A program made the position numbers and the translations under genes. Under the pieces are notes generated by a model. That model did not search any database, was not told the origin of the DNA, and worked only from the letters and a program-made list of their open reading frames with translations. Below, piece by piece: positions 1 to 13,808 of a stretch of DNA of 64,000 bases (the stretch's first letter is position 1; each line of letters starts with the position of its first letter). Origin of the DNA: Bigelowiella natans CCMP2755 (taxonomy: Eukaryota > Protista > Cercozoa). The stretch lies in assembly GCA_000320545.1 (NCBI GenBank), contig ADNK01000423.1:83431-147430 (forward strand). The letters run 5' to 3'.

Positions 1-244
1 CTTTGGTAAAGGTACGAAATGCACTGGACAGGTTTGGCCAAATCAACAGATACGACAACATATTTTGATGTCTCTGCCTGTAAATTACCTATATATTATC
101 CACTCTTTGTGAGGGACTGGGAACTCCGCGCCTCCCCCCTTCTCATCTTTAAGTTTCAGAGAGCACCCTGCGCACCTGGTTGCCTTTTCGAAAGTGGGAT
201 TTTATTTGCCTGTGGTCATCGGTCTGGAGGAAAGAGTCAAAAGT

Positions 245-2377
245 ATGTCGAAGCTCAACGCCAATGCGAAACCTTTCAAGTTCAATCCGAAAGTGAGATC
301 GTTCGTACCGAAGGCGAAAACAACTCCTGAAGTTAAGGTTATATTTCCTTTTATGAAGAGTTTCAAATCCTATATTCGGTTTTACTTCCAAATTTTACTA
401 CAAACTACTTTTACTTTTACTGTCAACAGTGGATCGCATTCATTCGGCACACAAAATAATGCTGTTTCGTTTTGCTCCGTAGGATGAAGTCCCTGGTGAA
501 CCAACTCCGGTATCACCAGCACCAACACCGGCTATTGAAGAAAAAGTAAATTACCCCATTGACTTGCACTGAGATACCAGTAGTGGGTAATTTGTGTTTA
601 ACATTGCTTCAATCTTTGCTTTTTGCAGGCTGGAGGGGATGCGGCTACTGAGTCTTGGGAAGAAGAAGCTACTGGAAAGGAAACTTCGAAGCCTGCTCAA
701 ACAGCACCAACACCGCAAAAAGATACTACTTCTGCTCCCTCCAAGGAACCTTCTGCTGGGAAGGAAACTTCCGGGACAAGTAGCAGAAAGGTATCAAAGA
801 AAAAACAAAGTCAACAGGAAAAGTTGGATGCAAAGGTAGTAATTGGATGATAAAAAGATAGCCATTTCTATATGTTGTGTAATCATCAGCTACTTATTTC
901 TACTCGTTAGATCGAAAAACTGAATCGAGAAGGTGTTCAATTGCCAGCTGGAATGAAAGTACACGACGAAAGACCTCATGTCAACGTTGTCTTCATTGGA
1001 CACGTCGACGCAGGAAAATCGACCTTATCAGGTCAACTGCTCCTGATGACTGGCCAGGTAGTACACCATATAATCTCATTTAACTGGATTATACTATTGA
1101 CAGCCGGTTTTGTCCCCAATCCAAGCGAATACAACACACGCTGTTGATATCATAATTTTAGTTCGTTGCTCCCCATTCTCTTTCGTATTATAGGTTGACC
1201 AACGTACGATTGATAAGTATGAACGGGAAGCAAAGGAAAAAAATCGTGAATCTTGGTACTTAGCGTTTATTATGGATACAAACGAGGAAGAGCGAGCAAA
1301 GGTAGTACCTCATTATCTGAAAAACACTGACAGGTTGACAGACATGATGTCACTTTGCCGTTACTTGTTGCCCTCAGGGGAAAACTGTTGAGGTTGGGCG
1401 AGCGCATTTCGAAACTGAAAAGAGACGATACACATTATTGGATGCCCCTGGACACAAAAACTATGTTCCGAATATGATATCTGGTGCAGCACAGGCAGAT
1501 ATAGGCGTACTTATTATATCTGCGAGAAAGTCAGAATTTGAGGTAGTATCACACAGTGCTTAACGACAAATATTCTAGCTTATTTTGATATGACAAGTTT
1601 ATGACATTTATACACGTGGAATCTTCATTCGAATAGGCCGGCTTCGATAGAGGTGGACAGACAAGAGAACACGCTATGCTAGCAAAAACTCTTGGAATTT
1701 CGCGACTGGTTCAATTTACTTGTTCACTATACCGATGATTCAATAATTGGTTATTTAATCACAATATAGGTTGTTGCTATCAACAAAATGGATGAATCCA
1801 CTGTCAAGTGGTCGAAAAAACGCTACGATCAAATCATAAGGAAACTCTCTCCTTTTCTGAAGAAGGTCGTCCACCACAACAAATGTCACCACTCTCGTCG
1901 CATGCATGCACGCACGTACTCAGCCCGCATGCGCTACTTCGGATGGATTATGCTGCTATTGCTACTACTTCTACTACTACTTCATAAGCATTACACTCTT
2001 TTCGACACCACCGTTATATCTAGGTCAAAACATAAATTAAATTGTGCCTCATCGTTCCTTGATTGTCGTCTTTATCGTCATCATCATTATCATCATATTC
2101 ATCATCTTCTTCTTATTGTTGTCCTTCTCTACTACGACTCCTACTGCAATTACTTTGATCATTATCAGTGGTTTAAACCTAAAGATACGGTATTCCTACC
2201 CGTGTCTGCATACACTGGAGCAAACTTGCTAAAACCAGTGGATAAGTCGGAATGTGAATGGTATGATGGGAAGTGTTTAATTGACATCCTGGATGGTGTG
2301 AGAGATACAAATCGAGATGCGAAGGCAGGTTTACGGGTCCCCGTTATTGACAAGTAATTAGTAGTAGTAGTAGCAGC

Positions 2378-2409
<32 letters not shown>

Positions 2410-4031
2410 ACGCTAGAAAGAAGAAAGAGTGATTAAAAAATAAGCGTCTTTTTTACTCGCTCCTACCCTCCTTGATCGTTGATGGTAATGATGATGATGG
2501 TGATGATGATGATTATGATAATGTAATAAAGGATTGTGATGACATTGAGTTGTAATCTCATTTCGTGTTGTTTCGTTCTCCTAATTGTTGTTCGAATAAT
2601 TGTGAAGGTACAAGGAGATGGGAACTATCTGTGCCCTTGGAAAGGTTGAGGCAGGAACTCTCTATAAGGGACAAAAAGTGAAGATTATGCCGATGGGGGG
2701 TGAAGGTATTCATCAAAATAGCAGCAGCAGCAGCAGCAGCAGCAGAATACATATATCATCATCTCTATCTACCTTGCTTCATGATCTTCTGGCTTATTTT
2801 GGTTATGTGTGAAAATAGGTGATATCGTTGGAATTCTAGTTAAAGACAAGCCAGTGGATGTGGCGAGGCCAGGAGAGAATGTCGTAATACAGACCAAGGG
2901 ATTAGACGAAAATGAGCTTCTTAGTAAGTCCATCAAACATGTTGATACATGAATGATACAGACATGAGGAAATGTTTTCATCATTATTAACAATCACTGT
3001 TATGTGTGTATGTATGAAATAGGCGGGTTTGTTATTTGCGAGAAAGAACGACCTTCAAGAAAATGCACTGCTTTTGAAGCGCAGGTGTAGTTAGGAACAG
3101 CTCTACAGTAGTAGTATTAGATATATAGGCACTTGATGCTGCTATCTTCTTAATTTGCCTTGACTAATCATTCTTACAATGCAAAGTCGCTATGTTTTTC
3201 TCATTCTTCCACCTCCACAAGCATCCTGACGGTATTTGTTTCATTGATTGGCCCCCCCCCCCGTCCCCACATTTACTACAGCTGCGCATCACGGAGCTTC
3301 TTGCACAGAAACCACTCATGACTAACGGATACCGGTGTATTCTTCACTGTCATACTATCACTACTGAGTGCCAGGTACTCAAATTATTTTATATAAATAA
3401 TATGCTTTTGTTTGTGTCATTGTATGTGTGCGAGATGATGACATGAAAATATGACGAGTATATCGTTCATAGATATTTCGGATCATGGATATAGAATATG
3501 TTATCTTAAAATAATATCAGTAATTCTAAAATGTAATGATAGTTGTTGAACCGCATTCTTGATTACCACAACAGATTGCAAAGATGTTAGCTATTATCGA
3601 CAAGAAAACTGGAAATGTCACTGAAAAGAAACCTCGATTTGCGAAGAAAAATCGTAAGTTTCATCGCTCTATTCTTGTTTACGTTGTTACTACTATTAAT
3701 GTCGCCGTCCTGATCTGTATTATTATTTACCATACAGAGGTCGTAAGAGTAAAAGTTAGAGTTCCCAAATCCATAGCTGTTGAGTGCTACAAAGATTTTT
3801 CACAACTTGGAAGATTTACCCTACGAGACGAAGGGAAAACTATTGCCATCGGAAGAATTACAGAATTGAAACCGGTCGTTAACTTTGAAAGATGCCACTT
3901 ATTTTTACCACTTTTCACTTTTTTTTTTTTAGATTTTCTTTCGTTGATTTCTATTGGTATGAATGCATCATTTTCGCTTATGTTTCGTTAATACCTTACC
4001 TTTACTGTGTACGCAGGAGAAAAAAAAATAA
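245..4031 (+). CDS. SUP35: Eukaryotic peptide chain release factor 3 (eRF3/GSPT/Sup35), about 16 exons
   Basis: Spliced GT-AG exons give N-terminal PAM2-like motifs (LNANAKPFKFNPKVRSFVP), G1 GHVDAGKST, ESWYLAFIMDTNEEERAKGKTVEVG, DAPGHKNYVPNM, GQTREHAMLAKTLG, NKMD and C-terminal LGRFTLRDEGKTIAIG. Last exon EKKK* is at 4017-4031. Confidence 0.96.
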
Positions 4032-4320
4032 GGAAAGGACGAAAGCGTTAAAGCACATTTGCGTTCTTGTTTCGCACACTAAATTTATACACTTGGTCGT
4101 AGTTTGTCGATGATTATCGTGGAAAATTGTCTCAAAATGTGGAGAACATAGCACGGGCAGGCAGTGCTTTTAGTGCATCCATCAACAATGTGGCTTAGTG
4201 ACAACAACTTTGACAAATTTGATGATCGATGAATGTATTAGTACTGTGCATCTAGTACACACATCCGCTTAAACCATAGCTTTCAATCCCAGACAGATGC
4301 TAACTGATGAATGCAGCACA

Positions 4321-5520
4321 ATGTTTCCCTTCACTAGTTAACTAACCCTTCAAGCGAGTGGGTGCATGTAGGCCTAGACGTAAAGCTCACGCATAATTAT
4401 ATTCTAGTATTAGCTAGCGGATGCTAGGTTGTGCTCTAGCGGTTGGATTCATGCAGCTGTTACATTGTGACTTTATCTAGTTATTTTACGCAACGACGCG
4501 ACGAAAATCTAGAAAAATGTCAGGGTCTAGCTAGCTAGACCTCTCACACTCATCATTGTCACAATCATCACTTCTCTAGCTCTACTAGTCTAGAGCTGCT
4601 CGAACCCTAATAATTAATGCTAGTAGAGATCTCGCTCTAGCAGATCGCTAGACATGTCGCTCCAAACTAGCAACGCTCTAGCGCTGAACATATGAAAGCT
4701 CTACAGCTAGTAGAAGTCGCGAGCTAGCAATGTGCTTCAACTAGTCAATGCTATTTACGAACTGAGCAACGACGAACAGCTAGACAGGTCTACATAGACG
4801 TACATCTGCAAAGATGTCGCTGGCTCTAAAGCAAGCTATCGCTCATGGGCGCTAGGGCGCATGTACGATGTATGTAGCTCTAGAGCTACTATAACTGCGA
4901 TGCTAAGGCATGCCACCTACGTTGCCAACACAGCTTGATTACTAAATTACATTCTAGCATTACTAGCTAGCTAACGCTACTTGTTACACAGCTACGATAC
5001 TCGATCTAGGGCTAGCTAGCTAGATAGACAGACTAGCAGCGCCTTCGCGGTATGCACGTTGCGGTAACAATGCATCTACTAGCTAGCTATTCTAGTTCTA
5101 GTATTTAGGCAGTGAAATTGCGTAAATCAATGTCGGCTAAGAAGATCTAGAGATGTACGTAGACTGGTTACGACGAATAGCGCTAGACGTATACGTACTA
5201 GTAGATACTGCGATGTAACGTAACGATGCATTATGTAGCGTGCGCTTACTTTTACGCCGATCACCAGCTTGCTAGCTGACGTCGGCAAGCTGCTTGTGGT
5301 ACCACAACTGCGTGGGCATTTCTAGAATACAATTGTAGAACGTACTGAATTTGCATGCTTTGCATGCAATTTGTCACAGTATGTGGCATTTGGCTCATCA
5401 TGTGAGCTAGCATGCTTTGGTTGTGCCGTATGGGCAAGTATCTAGTGCATATAGTAACTAACCCTAGATCCACTCACTCACTGGGGTTGAAGTGTCATCA
5501 AAGCTGCAATTTACTTAGTG
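4321..5520. repeat. CTAG/palindromic-tetramer-rich island, probable decayed mobile element with possible degenerate TIRs
   Basis: About 45 CTAG words in ~1.15 kb by hand count (~4-5 expected). No coherent ORF. The left end aacccttcaagcgagtgggtgcat loosely matches the reverse complement of the right end (aaccccagtgagtgagtggat). Confidence 0.5.
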
Positions 5521-5578
5521 CGAAACACAATAGTACCACATCGAAAACACATGCTCATCCATGTTAGATAGGCATTGA

Positions 5579-8192
5579 TCAAGCATACCAGTAAAACTTT
5601 CTTTTACAAGCGTCTGGGCCATACTCTTCATATGTTTTCTTGGATAAACTATAATTCGAGTATGCACCACTTTTCACCATCATTGATCCGCCCTGAAGAT
5701 ATAGGAAGAAATTAGGGTTGAGAGAATCTTCAATTTACGTTTTTAAGATATTGATTTTAATCTTTGAAATACAACTTTCCATGCGCACAAACTTGGATCA
5801 ACACCACTCCCCGCGGATCGGATGTTTATTTCCCAATCGCTTGGTACTTGCGCTCTTAAATCTTGTCTCAAACGCTTCTGGAAATTACTGTTTGCATCAA
5901 AAAAAAAGTTGTGAGCCGAAAATCAAATACTGTGACTTTTAAATTGTGTAGTGCTACGAACATTTTCTGCTCGATTAGTATTGAGAAAAACAGAAAATAA
6001 TTATTGCTACTTATTCAGTTTGCGAAGGAACAAGTACACAAAGAGAAACCCTCAATCATAATCATACGATGATTCCACTCATACAATCGTTAATTTACTG
6101 CTTTCTACTTATTACGGGAATTTTGTCGATCCCCCAATTAGAACGATATTTTTGTACAAGAGGGCTTGGATATCAGGATGGCATGCTTTTACACTTTGCG
6201 TAATCGCTTCAGCGATGCCCCCTTGCTTAATGCCGATCATACTTGGCGAAAACAAAAGCTCAGGAACCGTGATACGCTCATTTGAGAGAGTTAATATTTG
6301 ATCGTCTAAACAAAATGGAATTATTGGACAATTGGTAACCTAGTAAGTTGTCTCATCCGAGAAAATCATTCCGATCCATCAGCATCATCATCATCATCAT
6401 CATCAGAAACAACATCATCATTCTAATTTAGATGCTTCTACCATCTGTAGTTTTCGAATCTTCAGTCTTGATATAACCCAATGTTTTCCCATCAACATGA
6501 GTTGGAAGCACATATTCAAGTCGGTATGGATTCTTTTTCTTGGAAAGCTTTGCTTTGACCAAATCAACCTGTCGATAATAATAATAATATTATCATTATT
6601 ATTATCATAATAATGCGTACAATATTTATTTTAGTTGACTGAGTTTACCACAAATTCAAACAACAATGATGAAGACGACAACGATTTCCAGAATGCGAAC
6701 AAGTAATAAATGCATAACATGGTAAAATTCGACTGGATGTGGCTACGGGTGTCTCTAGTCAATGAAATCACCATTTATTTCCTACTATCTATCTATTTCC
6801 ATACATACCTGAAAATCTGTTGATGTGAAACACACTTTTTCCTTTACATGATTTATCAGATGCGTTTCGTCCATCATACTAAATGCACGATACGATATGA
6901 CTTCCTGATGATAGTAGTAGTAAACAATTTTTGAATTAGTATTGATTCATTTGTGAAAACTAGCTTTATGCTTTGTACTTAATACCTTGAGATAATTCGT
7001 GAGCAATTTCCCACCCACGCTTACTCTTTTGATGGCATGATTAATAGGAGCTTCCTCCATAAAAGGTACCACGTGGGAGAATGAATACCCAACATCCACC
7101 ACCACACTATACGTCTCGGACAACATGCCGGCACCACCCTTTTCCAGTTATTTGTAATGATAATAATAAAAATTATATGTGTCATGGGAAAGAAGACTTT
7201 TTAGAAAGAATACGATTCCTTCTCATTCAGAATAATTATCATCGTGAAGAACCTTGTTCGCAAGTGCGGAGTTTGCGTAATAAAGAGCCATGGAAGGGGC
7301 AGGAAGTCGAGCATAGTTTTGAAATTGATACTTCTCAAAGACAATTTCATCCATACTGCGGGATAACGACCGCAAATTGCACACAGGCTCGGAAACCAAT
7401 AAATCGCTCTCAGATGGATTAATCTATGTGATGATAACAAATAGTTGTTAGTGTTTACGAGTAGCCTGTTGCAGTCACTCGCGCGCACGTACATACATAA
7501 AATATGAGGTAGTTCCATACGAAAAATAATGCATAACGTACATACATTTACATCATATAATTTGTATCGTCGTAAATGTGTCAAGTTGCTTCTTCTACTA
7601 CTACCTTGAGAACATGCTTATATACTCGATCCCATATTTCGCATTGAATATCCCAGTTTGTTGTGTATCCCTGGTGAATAATAATCGAACAAAAAGAGGA
7701 GGAGGAGGAGGAGGAGGAGAAGGAGGAGGAGGAGGAGGAGAAAGTTATTGAGAGGAAGAAGACAACTTGGGAAGGGAGGGAGCATTCACTCTGATAAAGA
7801 ATCTTCAGTAAGATAATTTATCACGTTGCATATAGTAGTACCCTCTCGCACGGCCTTTTGTAAATTACTTGAGATAAATCAAGGATGTCGTCAATTTGAT
7901 CAGCCTGCAGTGCAACAGATTAGTAACAAGCGATCATTTCTCCCATCATGCCTTCAAGGTAATTCTATATGGAGCAGTACCAAGAAAAAACGTCTTTCTC
8001 GCTTTGGCTTCACTGCACAATTAGGAAGGACCCTGTAAAAAAGTAACTTTACCGACAAAAGAAGCTTACATTTTCATGGTGGCAATATTGACTGATGACC
8101 AATAACCTTAGCGGTTGATCTTGCCCTCCAATACCTGCCTTACAGGTATACCCACCGTTATCCAGCACCACCACCTGGCGGTTGGTTGACAT
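5579..8192 (-). CDS. ACTR6: Actin-related protein 6 (SWR1/SRCAP complex), multi-exon
   Basis: MSTNRQVVVLDNGGYTCKAG start; [78 protein letters not shown]; C-terminal SKKTYEEYG...FYWYA*. Confidence 0.92.
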
Positions 8193-8545
8193 TCCTACTA
8201 CACGTGCACAATGGTGTCTGTGATCTCTTCGATGACCAGAGGAGAGCAAGCTGAGCGCCCGAAGCAGCAATACCGATTTATTATTAACCGTAAATTTTAC
8301 ATAAAATAATAATGCGGATACCGCCCGATCCTCCTCGCACTTTTGCATGATTCAGCATCACTCTTCAGCATAGCTCTTAGTAATCCCGGCGAAATTATTG
8401 ATATTGTAATATGAACGAGTATTTTTCCTAAAATACTTGGATAAAGGTTCTTTGATGAAATAAAGCCCTATATCTGTTTTAGACCAAAAGTCTGAAAAAT
8501 CAACAGAAGGAGCTCCGGGCCGTGGGCAAAAAATTCACGTCTACG
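8193..8545. promoter_or_regulatory. Probable bidirectional promoter between ARP6 and SmD1
   Basis: Divergent start codons ~350 bp apart. No specific motif identified. Confidence 0.45.
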
Positions 8546-9233
8546 ATGAAGCTCGTCAAGTAAGCAATTGCACCCTCAGCATTATTAATGGTGGGGAAGT
8601 GGGAATTCAAATTTTGCAGCTTAACAGTTACTTTGGCTTTAGGTTTTTAATGCGTCTCAACAATGAGACTGTCACCGTTGAGCTAAAAAATGGAACGGTT
8701 GTGCAAGGCACAATTTCTGGTATTACTATCTAACCATCGTTCTCTTTTCAAGCCACTTATCTGCGTTCTCCTAGTTCTTCGTTGTAACTATAATTATAGT
8801 CACCTACATCACCGCATCTGAATAAGCAGCCATTTGATAGATTATTTCAATATCTCCAGGTGTAGACATGAGTATGAACACCCATCTGAAGATTGTGAAA
8901 ATGACACTGAAGGGCAAGGTATTTGATTTTAATTGTATCGGCTTGCTGCAATTTTGAATATTTACGATTTCTTTTACTGTGTAAAGAATAATATAAATAA
9001 TCGTTCATTTATTATTACAGAATCCTGTTCACTTGGACACTCTCAGCATTCGTGGAAATAATATCCGCTACTTCATCCTTCCTGATAGTCTAAACTTAGA
9101 TGCTTTACTCGTGGAAGAAGTAAAGAAAAAGACAACATCTACCCGCAGTGGGCGCGGTGGGCGAGGCCGGGGACGTGGGAGAGGGCGCAGAGGCAGGGGA
9201 CGTGGAAGAGGAAGGGGAAGGAGGAGAATGTAG
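8546..9233 (+). CDS. SNRPD1: Small nuclear ribonucleoprotein Sm D1, 4 exons
   Basis: [41 protein letters not shown]...[20 protein letters not shown] followed by a GR-dipeptide tail. Confidence 0.97.
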
Positions 9234-9649
9234 AAATTTGTGTAGTGATCAAGATGCAAGCCAAGTGCTTACATTGGACTTTATACAATGTTGCATCTTT
9301 TTCAGAAATATATTGTGTAATTTAAGTTCAGCGATATCTTGCATAGATATGGCTTCTTGACAACCACCGCCCAGATATGTACTGAAGGCTTTAATCGTTT
9401 TCTTCCGACCCATCTGATAACAGCGACTGTTGCTAGTGTGAAAATCTACGGTAGAAGTCAACCGACCTACAGAGACATAGGCACATGATTTAAAATTGGT
9501 AGAATCACTTCGAATTGTCAGAATATCAATACAATGCTAAATGCATGATTAGATTTCGTTGGCTACGAATCTTGTCATCCAACTTCTCATTGCGTTAGTT
9601 AGAAACACAACGGCATTAATCTAAACGAATGCACATCTCACTGTGTGCA

Positions 9650-10800
9650 TCGCTGTGTTTTCATTGCAAACCACCACATCATTTGCTGCGTAGCTAGGTA
9701 TTTAAGAAGCACAGCACTAGTAGCTAGAGCATGTAGATGGAGAATCATGTGCCATGCAATTTTGCCATACACGTTTTGATGGAAAAGTTGCACGCAAGTC
9801 GCGCGTGACGACTCGCTGCACCCATGTTACATATATGCACATGCTAGATATACTTGCTGGTACTAGGCTAGACTGGCCATGTGCTAGTGTGCTAGTATGC
9901 TAGTATGTACAAGCATGCCAGAACTATAGTATGCTGGCTGGCAACACTAGAACACTGAAATGTTGCAAGCTATATACGTGACACCACTGACACCACTAGT
10001 AGTAGATCACACGCTGGCGGCAATCTAGCAATGCAAGTCGTGTGCGTAAGATCGACGGATGTAATGAATCAAATTAAAATTGCTAGATTGTTCAATAAGC
10101 GTCATCCTCGATCATGTCTAGATGTCAAGATGTTTATGTACAAACAGACACAATTTGAGCGCTGTAGCCGCTACATTGCACAGCTACATCAGGATGACCA
10201 TTGAAAAAATTTAAATCTTTCATTACATCCGTCTCACAGATGTAGCTGCATGCAATATGCAGCAGCGTGTGCTCGCCGTAATGCAATTCTAGCAGATTTG
10301 CTGAAGTCAAGGATGTCCTGGCATGTGCATCGCATGAGCATGCATGTACGTAGCACGCAGCACGTTAGTGCTCTAAGTAGTAGCTGCGCGGTGTGACGTT
10401 TCTTTTCTAATTTTGTTTAGCAGTGTTATTAGAGTGTGGCGTAGCTTTATAGCTTTGTCGCCTCGGTTCGGTACGGTGCTAGCGGTGGTTCGTGATGGTA
10501 TTCAGATACGTATATGTGGGGCAAAAATTCATAAATTCGAGACAAACATTAGCGCTGTAGCCGCTCTAGCGCTGCATTGCACAGCTACATATAAGGATGA
10601 CCATTGAACAAATTTAATTGATTAATTACATCCGTCTTACATTCGATTCCTGCACGTACATGCATGACACGATGACTCTTGTAGCGATTACACCACACAC
10701 ATGCATGCCATGTGCGATCCGGCCTATCTAGATCGGCCATATATCTTTGCAGATGGCTTGTCATGCGATGAAGATCACCATGCAGCGCAGATGACATCGA
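9650..10800. repeat. Palindromic-tetramer-rich island containing a three-copy ~100 bp repeat (one copy inverted); MITE/foldback-like relic
   Basis: 10146-10239 and 10540-10641 are diverged direct copies. 10045-10128 is an inverted copy, forming a hairpin centred near 10138 (tgtttatgtacaaaca). Confidence 0.65.
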
Positions 10801-10833
10801 ACTGAAATCACTGCGAGTATCGTGCTTTGAGCG

Positions 10834-13086
10834 TTAGGTTAAGCCTTGCCTCCGTTCCCCAGCGAGTGCTCAATGCCATCCTTGTAACACTGTCCGTGTT
10901 TCCATATGAGGAATGTAATGCTTGCCTGCAAACATATGAATAACGTTGCTCATGTTATATCTTTTGCGGCTTCATCTGCATATACATCATGCCGTTGCAA
11001 CTAGAACACTTTGTAAAACGCACACAGACAAATAACCTGTGAAAAATAACTGCATCGCCTTCTTCGAGATTCCATTGTAGGACAGGAAAATAATGCTCGA
11101 ATTCTTCCTGTAGAATGCTGGTGGTGATTGAATGAGGACGATCGCTTTTTAGTAACAATTACCTTTCCTAACGCATCTTCTATGAGTTCAAGTGCGAAAG
11201 ATGCTACTATCCCTTCCTGCTCAACCAGAGACTTGCAACAAAAATCATTAATTATCCGAAGATGATATATTTCTGGGCAGCTGATGTTCAAGTTGATGAA
11301 AATCAAAAGATAGTGACAAAGATAGAAGAGCATACTAATCGATCTGAGAGCGGCAAAGCCTTCCTTAGATTTTCCCTCCAGCTGTGCGTTGCAAAAAATA
11401 AGCACGTAAATAAAACAATTGGCTCGAGGTAATTCATCAAGTTCTACTGAAGTAAAAACTTACTTATGCCCTAAGACAGCACGAGCAACATTCTCCTGCA
11501 ATTGTCCTCCCAAGCTTCCAACATTCTGCGAGACGTATTGTCAGCACTAGCCATCAAATAGATTTTGAATAGGCTTAAGTTGCTTTAAATTGCCCCACCT
11601 CCCAACTGTGAGAATTGCTCAATATCCTAATACTGTCATTTTCCTTCACTGATCCCAAGGGAATCCAGATGTTTATCATTCTCCTGGACTTTTTATGATA
11701 CGTTGCTGCTGCTGAAACGTCTCTATTATTCACCATTCTTTCTGAGACTGAATGATTTCGTCGTGGCGAGAATTTCTCTGTGTAAATATCTCTGTGCCAC
11801 TCGGTCCTCTCTGTGCATTGGACTCCTTTAACAAATAGATCGTCTGAATTATGTAAAACAATATTGGTGTATATGGCAAGCAGAAACTCTTTTAGAGGTG
11901 AAAGTCCAAAAAAATGCAAGAAGGCTAAATTTCGTTAAGGTAGGTGCTCTTATAATAAATAAAGGATATCATCCTGACAAGAGGATTAACACACACCTGA
12001 ATGGAAAGCTACCATATCTCCTGGTTCAGCTAGAAGCGAGGCTGCCAATGCACTCAGTTCATTCGATCGAACATGATTTAACAGTTCTTTGCTAGAACTA
12101 AATGGGGAACAAAACATAGATGGATATTAGAATCAATAGTTTGAGAAGAATTCTCGGCTTTATCGGTTTTACATGTGGTTAAATTACCTGGTCTGCAGTG
12201 TAAATTGAAGAAATTTCGATTGCAAGTTCGTATCACATCTTCCATCGACAAAACCAACCTGAATGCATTTGTAGTGTACTCCTGATTTCTAATTCTGCTA
12301 TTTTTATATCATTATTTCTGTTCATCAATGCTACCGACACTCCATTTCCATTTTCAACAATCTTTTCTCCCGCTTTCCTCAGATCTCGGATCAAATCTCG
12401 ATCGAACACCCCTAGCATCATAACCATTCTTTATTTGAACGACGGCTTCCTCCTCCGTAAATCGCTTGCAACGTCAATATGTGTGTCACCATAAATACGC
12501 ACATATATGTCGCCGTTCTAGATACCATCTCGTACTTAATTCTAAGGACTGGTGCAGACGCATCGTTCATCTCCAGATATAATCATTAACCTGATATCTT
12601 GACAGCGCCATCACGATCAAGGATCTTGACTAACTCCTTTCTGCGAACCAGTCCTCCGAAGATCTAATTTATGTAATTTATATATATCTGCAGTGCCCAC
12701 GTTCACACATACATACATACTTTCGTCATCATCAATGTATGATTATTGAGACTGTTTTTATTTAGGATTGTGTTTTGCAGCAGCCGCACCGAGATTCCAA
12801 CATGCTCTTCGGTTGGATACAAGCCACCATTCTCTCTCGGTAAAGATGGTAAGGGCGGTGATGACGATGATGATACTAGAGCGGATGAAATTTTCCACTT
12901 CCTACTGCTTCGTCGCAAATTATTATCCCTTCTCCGAATCCAATTGCTCCTACGTACAGCAACAGATCTTCGGTAGTCATATTTCTGAGACCCTGATGAT
13001 GGTCTTTGGACAATTGTCGCCTTTTCGCGAGGGTGGAAGAAGAAGAAGAGGCAAAAGAATATAAAAAGCAATGTCCTGGCCGTCAT
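10834..13086 (-). CDS. Phytanoyl-CoA dioxygenase-like (PhyH) 2OG-Fe(II) oxygenase with putative signal plus transit-like leader
   Basis: Spliced: ILDRDGAVKISGVFD; TEWHRD (HxD); MINIWIPL; IRILSNSHSW; LEEGDAVIFHRQALHSSYGN...TRMALSTRW (distal His and 2OG-binding Arg). N-terminus MTARTLLFIFFCLFFFF is followed by an R/S-rich segment. Confidence 0.8.
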
Positions 13087-13808
13087 GAAGGAAGCGATAG
13101 GTTTCTCCGTAGTGATTTGCTGCTGCTGCTGCTGCTGCTACATCCTGCTCCTCCTCCTCATCACCAACCTCATCGTCATCTATCTCCCCCCTTCAACAAC
13201 AGATACTAGATCTAGTAGTCGGTATCATAAGTTTAAAATTTGGGCAGCTAGATCTACTTCCTATTTATAACTAGAACTATGAATCTTCTGCGACAACATG
13301 AATCAGTTGTCGTAAAGTTATAAACCCCCTCCATTCTTCTAAAATTCACCATAATCAACTAAACAGCTAGCAGGCTGCTGCCTCGCTTTACTCGTAACGC
13401 CCTCGTCCACTTCACTTATCACCATCATCATCAGTACCTTCTTCTTCTTCAAAGCAAGTAGGATTCATTTCAACTTCTCGCTGATTATGTGCAGAGGATA
13501 AGATCCTTTCTGTTTGAAAGATTCTCATTTAAATTGTTGAATGGTGCAAGAACTACATGCATTGTCACACAACCAACTCAGTGCCGCATGCAACATACTA
13601 TCTCTCGTCAACGTGCCTGTAAACCTAGAAACGTTGCATGGTCAACATTTTTGGCGGTAATGCATTTTATTCTCAGTAATGCACTACTGACTAGCTATTA
13701 TTGAGTCATACTGAAAAGTAATACACATGAAACGGTGTCCACTGTGTTGGTTTGCTATTATTTACCTCGATCAAGGCTCTTTTTTGGAGATATAATAGTC
13801 CATGAATC

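Noticed and set aside
4603-5720. Telomere-like aaccctaa and ttagggtt words
   Set aside because: Single isolated units with no tandem array.
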